Part shown: one piece after another, positions 57,233-64,000 of the stretch
Position numbering within the stretch: the stretch's first letter is position 1
How the letters are laid out: each line of letters begins with the position of its first letter
NCBI GenBank assembly: GCA_039589315.1
Contig: JBDHHQ010000003.1
Span: 110,886 to 174,885 of the forward strand
Reading direction: 5' to 3'
DNA: 64,000 nucleotides
Source: Gemmatimonadota bacterium
GTDB lineage: Bacteria; Gemmatimonadota; Gemmatimonadetes; Longimicrobiales; Gaopeijiaceae
The notes under the pieces: generated by a model
Database searches by the model: none
Seen by the model: only the letters and a program-made list of their open reading frames with translations
What the model was told of the DNA's origin: nothing
Made by a program: the position numbers and the translations under genes

Positions 57233-58918
57233 ATGGCGCTACCATCGAACGAAGAGCTGCTCGCGCGTTGGAAGGACGAGCCGGCCCCGCTTCTCCCGCT
57301 GCTGCACGACCTCCACGACCGCGACGGTCACCTCTCCGAGGAAGCGCTCCGCTTCGTGGCGGGGGCACTCCGGATTCCCATCGCCGATCTCTTCGGGACC
57401 GTCACGTTCTATCATCACTTCGCTCGGGAGCCCGGAGGCCTCGAGCGCCCGAGGGTATGCACGGGCCCCGTGTGCCGCCTCAAGGGTGCCGGCGCGTTGG
57501 TGGACAGCCTGCGGGCTGCGGGCGACCGTCCCGAGGAGATCCCCTGCCCCGGCCGGTGCGACGAGCCCGTGCCCGTGATCCGCGGACACACCGTCCTCGT
57601 GGGCTCTTCGGCGGACGACCTGAGCGCGGGGCCCGCTCCCCTTCCCCCGACGCCCGAAGAGGCAATTCGGGAGTGTGTCTTCTCGAAGATCCGAGAACCG
57701 GATCGGGCGACCCTCGCCGGGTACCGGGCGAGCGGTGGATACACGGGTCTCGAGAGGGCCGTCCGAGACATGTCTCCTGAGAACGTCCGGGAGGTGATGA
57801 AGGAGAGCGGTCTGGCCGGGAGAGGCGGCGCCGGCTTCCCCACCTGGCGCAAGTGGGTGGCGGTGGCGGAAGCGCCGGGTGATCCCAAGACCATCGTGTG
57901 CAATGCCGACGAGGGTGAGCCCGGCTGCTTCAAGGACCGGGTCCTCATGGACTACGACCCCCACGCCGTGGTCGAAGGCATGGCGGTGGCCGCCTACGCC
58001 ACGGGTGCCACCCGGGGGTTCATCTACCTGCGCTACGAGTATCCCGACACGCAGACCACGCTGGACGGCGCGATCGCCGAGGCGGAGGCCGCGGGGCTGC
58101 TGGGCAGCGGGATCCTCGGATCGGACTTCGGCTTCCGGCTCATGGTACGCCGTGGCGCCGGTGCCTATATCTGCGGTGAGGAGACGTCGCTGTTGAACAG
58201 CCTGGAGGGGAAGCACCCCTTCCCCCGCAACCGCCCGCCCTTCCCCGTGACCCACGGGTACGACGACCTGCCCACGGTCGTGAACAACGTGGAGACGCTT
58301 GCCTCGGTTCCGCACATCCTGGCGAACGGGCCGGCGTGGTACGCCGGTCTCGGCCTGGGCGAACATGCCGGCACGAAGGTGATCAGCCTCTCGGGCGACA
58401 TCCGCCGACCGGGCAACTACGAGGTCCCTCTGGGTCTGCCCCTGCGCACGCTCCTGATGGAGTGGGCCGGCGGCCCACTCGACGGCAGGCGGATTCAGGC
58501 GGTGACCATGGCCGGCCTGTCGGGCGGGTTCATCGCGGGGCCGGACCTGGACGACGCGACGCTGGACGAGCCGAGCATCCGTTCCAAAGGGGGATTCCTG
58601 GGCGCCGGTGGCGTGATGGTCTTCGACGATTCCCGGGACATGGTGGACGTGGCCAGGAGCGCCATGGAGTTCTTCGCCCACGAGTCCTGCGGGAAGTGCT
58701 TTCCCTGCCGGATCGGAACGCAGCGGCTCGTGGAGCGCCTTTCAGGAGAGGGGCCGCACGTGCTGGACGAATGGGTGGACGAGGTCGCCGACCTGAACGA
58801 GACTATGAAGAAGACCAGCGCCTGTGGCCTGGGGCAGGCGGCTCCGCTGATCGCCGAGAGCCTGCTCCGCTACTTCCCGGATCAGGTGGCTCGGAGCGTG
58901 AGCGGCGGTGGGAGCTGA
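57233..58918 (+). CDS. Formate dehydrogenase beta subunit: NuoE-NuoF (FdsG-FdsB) fusion diaphorase
   Basis: N-terminal [2Fe-2S] CTGPVC...CPGRC; GRGGAGFP, NADEGEPG, GAGAYICGEET (FMN/NAD); ESCGKCFPCR...C [4Fe-4S]. Confidence 0.92.
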   Translation: MALPSNEELLARWKDEPAPLLPLLHDLHDRDGHLSEEALRFVAGALRIPIADLFGTVTFYHHFAREPGGLERPRVCTGPVCRLKGAGALVDSLRAAGDRPEEIPCPGRCDEPVPVIRGHTVLVGSSADDLSAGPAPLPPTPEEAIRECVFSKIREPDRATLAGYRASGGYTGLERAVRDMSPENVREVMKESGLAGRGGAGFPTWRKWVAVAEAPGDPKTIVCNADEGEPGCFKDRVLMDYDPHAVVEGMAVAAYATGATRGFIYLRYEYPDTQTTLDGAIAEAEAAGLLGSGILGSDFGFRLMVRRGAGAYICGEETSLLNSLEGKHPFPRNRPPFPVTHGYDDLPTVVNNVETLASVPHILANGPAWYAGLGLGEHAGTKVISLSGDIRRPGNYEVPLGLPLRTLLMEWAGGPLDGRRIQAVTMAGLSGGFIAGPDLDDATLDEPSIRSKGGFLGAGGVMVFDDSRDMVDVARSAMEFFAHESCGKCFPCRIGTQRLVERLSGEGPHVLDEWVDEVADLNETMKKTSACGLGQAAPLIAESLLRYFPDQVARSVSGGGS

Positions 58919-58996
58919 CGGCGCGAAGACCGTGGCGCGCCGAGAAGGCACGGACGAACGGATGCCTCGGCGAACGAGGCCGAATCGGACGAAGGA

Positions 58997-61762
58997 ATGG
59001 CGATGAGCGGTGAGAACGGTCGGACGACGACCCTGATCCTGGACGGCGAGAAGGTCTCCTTCGCGCCCGGAGAGACGATCTACGAGGTCGCCGAGCGCCA
59101 CCGGAAGGACATCCCGACGCTTTGCTACGACCCGAGACTGGAGCCCTTCGGGGGATGCCGGCTCTGCGTCGTGGAGCTCGAGGGCGCCCGAGCGCCGGTC
59201 GCGTCGTGCACGACCAAAGCGGCCCCTGGAATGGTCGTGAAGACCCGGACCGCCTCGCTGGAGATGCACCGCCGGGTCCTCATGGAGATGATCGCGTCGG
59301 AGAACCGGGAGATCGACGTGGACCCGCTGAGCGGCTACGCGTCCCAGGAGATGGCCACGCTGGTGGACCGGTACGAGGCGCGGACCGGCCGCTTCGAGGG
59401 CCGTACCTCGGGCAAGAGCCGGACCGACGACGACAACCCGTTCATCCTTCGGGACTACGAGAACTGCATCTCGTGCTACCGGTGCGTGCGCGTCTGCGCC
59501 GAGCGCGAAGGCGACTACGCCATCTCGATCAAGAACCGGGGGTTCCACACCCAGATCACGACGGAGTTCGACGGTCTGCTCAAGGACTCGGCGTGCACGT
59601 TCTGCGGACAGTGCATCCAGACGTGCCCCACGGGGGCTCTGGGCGATCTCAAGGCGTTGGCCAACAAGGACGTGCCCGGAGATACCGAGAAGACCAGGAC
59701 CATCTGCCCGTACTGCGGCGTGGGCTGCTCGGTGGACGTCATGACCCGGGGCGACAAGATCGTGGGCGTGCAGCCGGCCATGGACGGGCCGGCCAACCTC
59801 GGCGCCCTGTGCGTCAAGGGGCAGTTCGCCTTCGACTTCGTTCACCATCCGGACCGCCTGAAGACGCCCTTCGTGCGCAACGAGGCCACGGGCGAGCTTC
59901 GGCCCGCCACGTGGGACGAAGCGCTGGACCGGGCTGCCGAGGGACTCAGGAAGGTCAGCGAGGAGCACGGGCGTCACAGCGTCTACGGCGTGGCCTCCGG
60001 CCGGGCGCCCCACGAGGCCGCGTACTCGATGCAGAAGCTGATCCGGGCGGGGTGGGGGACCAGCTACATCGACAACTGCAGCCGTGCCTGACACGCTCCC
60101 ACAGTCGCCGGTCTGGCGGCAACGATCGGGCGCGGCGCCATGTCCAACCCCCTGGTCGACATGGAGAAGCCGGACGTCATCTTCTGCATCGGCACGAACA
60201 TGACCGAAGCCCACCCGGTGGCGGCCACGCGGCTCAAGCGTGCGCTGTCCCGCGGGGCAAGGATGATCGTGGCAGACCCCAGACGGATCGGGCTGGCCGA
60301 CCTGGCCGACATCTACCTGCCGATCCGGGTGGGATCGGACACGGCGCTGCTGCTGGCCATGGCTCACGTGATCGGCCGGGAGGGGCTGATCAATGACGCC
60401 TTCATGGCCGAGCGCACCACCGAGGGCGAAGCGTTCCTGGAGCACGTGAAGGACTACACGCCCGAGTGGGCCGCGGAGATCTGCGAGATCCCGGCCGAGG
60501 ACATCGAGACCGCCGCCCTGCTCTACGGGAAGGCAGACAGGGGCGCTATCTACTACACCCTGGGCATCACCGAGCATATCTGCGGCGTCGAGAACGTCCA
60601 GAGCCTCTGCAACCTGGCGCTGATGACGGGCAACGTCGGACGCGAGGGCACGGGCATCAATCCGATGCGGGGCCAGAACAACATCCAGGGCGCCGGGGAC
60701 TGCGGGGCGCTGCCCAACAACTACGTGGGCTTCCAGCCGGTCACCGATCCTGCCCATCAGGCCAAGTTCGAGAAGGCATACGGTCGCAAGGTCGACCTGG
60801 ATAAGGGCATCACCAAGGTCACCGCGCTGCAGATGTGCGGCGACCAGATCCGGGCCATGATCATCGACGGCGAGAACACGGTGGTCTCGGACCCGGATCG
60901 ACGGCACTGCGAGCACGCCCTGAAGAGCCTGGATCACCTGGTGGTGATCGACATCTTCATGACCGAGACGGCGGAGCTGGCCGACGTCGTGCTGCCGGCT
61001 ACGGCCTGGGCGGAGACCGACGGGGTGTGCACCAACACCGAACGCCGGGTCCAACGCCTGCGGGCCGCGGTCTCGCCTCCCGGCGAGGCCAAGCCCGATT
61101 GGTGGATCATCGCGCAGATTGCCGGGCGCCTGGGCCTCCCCGGCTTCGAGTACGAGAGCGCCAAGGACGTCTTCAACGAGATCTGCGAGCTCTCCCCCCT
61201 TTATCACGGGCTGGATTGGGACCGCATCGAGCGGAGCGAGTACCAGTGGCCCGTACCGGACAAGAACCATCCTGGCACGCCCCGGCTCCACGAGGAGTCG
61301 TTCCCCATCGGCCGCGGCATCTTCAAGCAGACCACGTATCGGGACCCGGCTGAGACCATCTCGGAGGATTTCCCAGTCTGGCTGACCACGGGCCGCCGGC
61401 TGGCATCTTACCACACCCGGACCCAGACCGGGCGGTCGGGCGGGATCGACTACCTGCTGTCCGAAGAGAGCCTCGAGGTGCACCCGGACGACGTGAGAGA
61501 CTGGGGGCTCGAGGACGGCGGCTGGGCCGAGATGTCCAGCCCGCGCGGGTGCGTCTCCATCAAGGTCAAGGCCACCAGGCGGTCGCCGCGAGGCACTGTC
61601 TTCGCCAGCTTCGCGTTCAACGACGTGCCGGTGAACGTGCTCACGGGCGCCGGCTACGACCCGATCACGCACACGGCGGAGCTCAAGGTGTGCCCGGTGC
61701 GGGTGGAGCGAACACGGCCTCCGCCCGGCCGTGGCTCGGCTACGCCCCTGGCGTCCGACTGA
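58997..61762 (+). CDS. fdhF: Selenocysteine-containing formate dehydrogenase alpha subunit (Mo/W-bisPGD), about 921 aa; TGA at 60089-60091 = Sec
   Basis: ORFs 58997..60091 and 60140..61762 share a frame. Read-through gives DNCSRA-U-HAPTVAGLAATIGRGAMSN, matching E. coli FdhF CARV-U-HGPSVAGL...GAMSN. Also CPYCGVGC and RGQNNIQG. Confidence 0.95.
60104..60120 (+). promoter_or_regulatory. Bacterial SECIS element
   Basis: Hairpin GTCGCC-GGTCT-GGCGGC beginning 12 nt after the TGA; same GGTCT apex as the E. coli fdhF SECIS. Confidence 0.85.
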
Positions 61763-62093
61763 GAGGCCTCACCCACGCGCGGCACCGACTCCGACCGGGG
61801 GGGCCTCGGGCCTCAGAAGCGCGTGCCCGGCACGGGGCCGCGGCGGAGGCTGCCCCGGCTCTCCCCCGTCACCGAGTCCGACCGACGGGCTGGATGCGGC
61901 CCCGTCCGGCCGGCTCCACCGGCGCACGCAAGCCGCCGAGCCGTCGCGCCGCCCAGCGGGGTAGCGTCACCGCTGAATCCCGCTCGTTTTGCCCGTCCTG
62001 ACGGGTCCTCTCGACGACGCGCTGCTAAGCGATTGTCGCTGTATCGCTTAAGCTCGCCAACCTACGAGATGCCGTAGGTGTTGCATCGGCGCC

Positions 62094-62109
62094 GCACCAG
62101 ATATTGTGG
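62094..62109. promoter_or_regulatory. NrdR-box-like palindrome
   Basis: GCACCAGATATTGTGG versus the consensus acaCwAtATaTwGtgt. Confidence 0.35.
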
Positions 62110-62206
62110 TGTTTCCGGTATCATGGCCCTTTCATGACGCGCGCACGCAACATATCAATAGAGGTGTCTGGCCCCCTCACCCACGCTTGAAGGAGGGACC
62201 CCTGCG

Positions 62207-63343
62207 ATGGACGCTCAAGGCGTGGCGCGCCCCGAAGAGGTCACGGTGGCACCGCTCGTACCCACCCCGGACGAAATCCGTGATCGATTGGGGTCCTTCC
62301 CCAGACTCGGACGCGGCTACGACCCGCAGCCCGTCGACGTCTACCTTCGCATGGTGGCGGACTGCCTGGAGCGGGTCGCGGGGCAGAACCAGTCGCTGGT
62401 CAGCCGCGTGAACGAGCTCGCGAAGAAGGTCGCTTTTCACGAGGGGCGGGCGTGGGCCGTCCAGGAGGCTCTGGTGACCGCTCAGACGCTTCAGGCCGAG
62501 GCCCGCGAGGCGGCCGAGGCCGAGGCACGGCGTGTCCACGCCGAAGCCACCAGGGAAGCCGAGGAAGTGCTGGCCGCGACGCACGAAGAGCGCGATCGGT
62601 TGCTCGGCGAGGTGGAGGAGGCCTCCGCGCAGGCAACGCGCATCCGAGACCACGCCAAAGCGGAGGTCGAGGTCCTGCGTGAGGCGGCACTGAAGGAGTT
62701 GGCCGGTCTGCGGGACACGGCCGCCGCCGAGGCTGAGGAGATTCGCACCCTGGCGGCCGACGAAGCCGATCGGATCCGGGAGGACGCCCAACGCGCCGTC
62801 AAGCAGGTGGAGGACGAGGCTCTCGGACAGCTGGAGCGTCGCTCCACTGTGCTGATGGGACAGCTCGAGGAGCGCCACCGAGCCCTGGAGAGGCTGGAGG
62901 AGAAGCGCCTCGAAGTCCTGAGCCGGCTGCAGCACATCCTCGCACGAGAGCTCGAGGCGGTGCAGTCCGAGCAGGCGCGGCCTCCGGTCGGACAGGTCGG
63001 TGAAGGTGATGACGGACGGTCGAGCCTCCTCGTGACTGGCGGCGCCGCCGCCCCGGCCCAGGCCCGTGGGGCGTCGGCGCCCAATCTCGCGGACGACGGT
63101 ACCACGGGTGACTCGATCCCCGCGGGCATCATCATGCCCGACAACACCGTGGTGATCGTCCCTGCCAGGGCGAAGGGCCAGACCGGACGCGGTCCCCTTA
63201 CGGACGCACCGGGGCCCCTCGATCCCGGCGTCCGCGATCCTGAGGAGGACGAGGACGTGCCCATTGCGGCACAGGACTCGGAGCTCGTCGTGCCGCTGGA
63301 TACCACGGGCGGCGAGGCCGGCGAGGAGCTACCGCAGCAGTAG
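62207..63343 (+). CDS. DivIVA domain coiled-coil protein
   Basis: AAGGAGG RBS; TPDEI...FP...RGYD...VD.YL signature; long coiled coil; acidic disordered tail. Confidence 0.82.
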   Translation: MDAQGVARPEEVTVAPLVPTPDEIRDRLGSFPRLGRGYDPQPVDVYLRMVADCLERVAGQNQSLVSRVNELAKKVAFHEGRAWAVQEALVTAQTLQAEAREAAEAEARRVHAEATREAEEVLAATHEERDRLLGEVEEASAQATRIRDHAKAEVEVLREAALKELAGLRDTAAAEAEEIRTLAADEADRIREDAQRAVKQVEDEALGQLERRSTVLMGQLEERHRALERLEEKRLEVLSRLQHILARELEAVQSEQARPPVGQVGEGDDGRSSLLVTGGAAAPAQARGASAPNLADDGTTGDSIPAGIIMPDNTVVIVPARAKGQTGRGPLTDAPGPLDPGVRDPEEDEDVPIAAQDSELVVPLDTTGGEAGEELPQQ

Positions 63344-63472
63344 GGATTCGACGGCGGCGACCCGGGCTATCCCGCCCTGCCCATCGGAGCGTTGCCATGT
63401 GCCTGCAGCCGTGGCAGCTTCGACGGTGGGTTTGCGGATTCGCGGACGGACGAGCCGATCGGAGCCTGGCCG

Positions 63473-64000
63473 ATGTCGATTCCCCACTTCTTCGGCGTGG
63501 TGCGGTACAGCAATCAGCTCCTCCTTCCGCGAGGTCTGTACCCCACCATCGACGCTCCGGAAAACGTCCCGGTCTGGGCACCGTTCATGGTCAGCCTGGC
63601 CGACATGGTCACGGAGGCCATCGACCGGCGAAACCGCTACGGCTACGCCACCAGGGCTTCGCTGGACGCCTTTCCGTCCGGCTACACGCGCAGCGACCTC
63701 ACCCTGCGGTTCGTCAATTTCGCCCGGCAGTGGCGATCCGAAGCCTCCAGGTGGCACTACCGGGGCGGGCAGATCTGTCTCGAGCTCACGCTCGGCATCT
63801 TCGCGGACGAGCGGGCGGAGGATCGCCCACAGTGCCTGTCCATGATCCTCACCCACGAATTGAAGCACGTGGCGGACGAAATCGACATCGTCACGAGTTG
63901 GCTGCCGAGACGGGCGCCCATCGAGCTGCGCGGCCACTTCGACCCTCTCGGAGACAACGCTTTCGAGCGGGCGGTGCGAGGCCACTGCGATGGAGAGGGA
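63473..64000 (+). CDS. Hypothetical protein with HExxH motif, runs off window end
   Basis: Not in the ORF track. GGAG RBS; open frame MSIPHFFGVVRY...MILTHELKHVADEIDIV...CDGEG to the window end. Confidence 0.65.
   Translation, partial: MSIPHFFGVVRYSNQLLLPRGLYPTIDAPENVPVWAPFMVSLADMVTEAIDRRNRYGYATRASLDAFPSGYTRSDLTLRFVNFARQWRSEASRWHYRGGQICLELTLGIFADERAEDRPQCLSMILTHELKHVADEIDIVTSWLPRRAPIELRGHFDPLGDNAFERAVRGHCDGEG

Noticed and set aside
58997..61762. FDH alpha as two genes or a nonsense pseudogene
   Set aside because: The stop sits precisely at the Sec/Cys ligand position and is followed by a SECIS-like hairpin, so recoding explains it better.
63329..63985. Minus-strand 218-aa ORF
   Set aside because: It is likely the antisense shadow of the plus-strand HExxH frame, which has an RBS and more typical codon usage.
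1..64000. CRISPR arrays, IS elements, integrases, prophage, rRNA/tRNA
   Set aside because: No regularly spaced repeats, transposase/integrase/phage motifs or structural RNA signatures were seen by eye; small ncRNAs could have been missed.

Overview
This is a gene-dense window of very high GC content (about 70% by eye) from a diderm bacterium. The gene repertoire (TonB-dependent receptor, exported peptidases, membrane Ser/Thr kinase, GlnRS-YqeY) is most consistent with Gemmatimonadota, which is an inference. I can support about 60 CDSs, mostly peptide/amino-acid catabolism, detoxification and redox genes. I found no rRNA, tRNA, CRISPR array, transposase or prophage. The main points are: (1) a two-gene NAD-linked formate dehydrogenase whose alpha subunit is split in the ORF track only because an in-frame TGA at 60089 encodes selenocysteine, followed by a SECIS hairpin; (2) a cluster of two GcvT-like aminomethyltransferases and two COG1233 flavoproteins that looks like an uncharacterised folate-linked demethylation system; (3) a stand-alone FAAL-ACP-DUF374 acyltransferase lipid cluster; (4) a TipA-like MerR regulator with a ptipA-like promoter/operator and an internal in-frame start; (5) a circularly permuted, Tat-exported D-amino acid oxidase homologue; (6) a NUDIX-YfiT read-through fusion; (7) a compact palindromic promoter region between a small putative RHH regulator and a six-gene operon with two atypical arginase-family genes; (8) several gene remnants, and two edge CDSs missed by the ORF track. 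All family assignments come from motif recognition by eye, not database searches.
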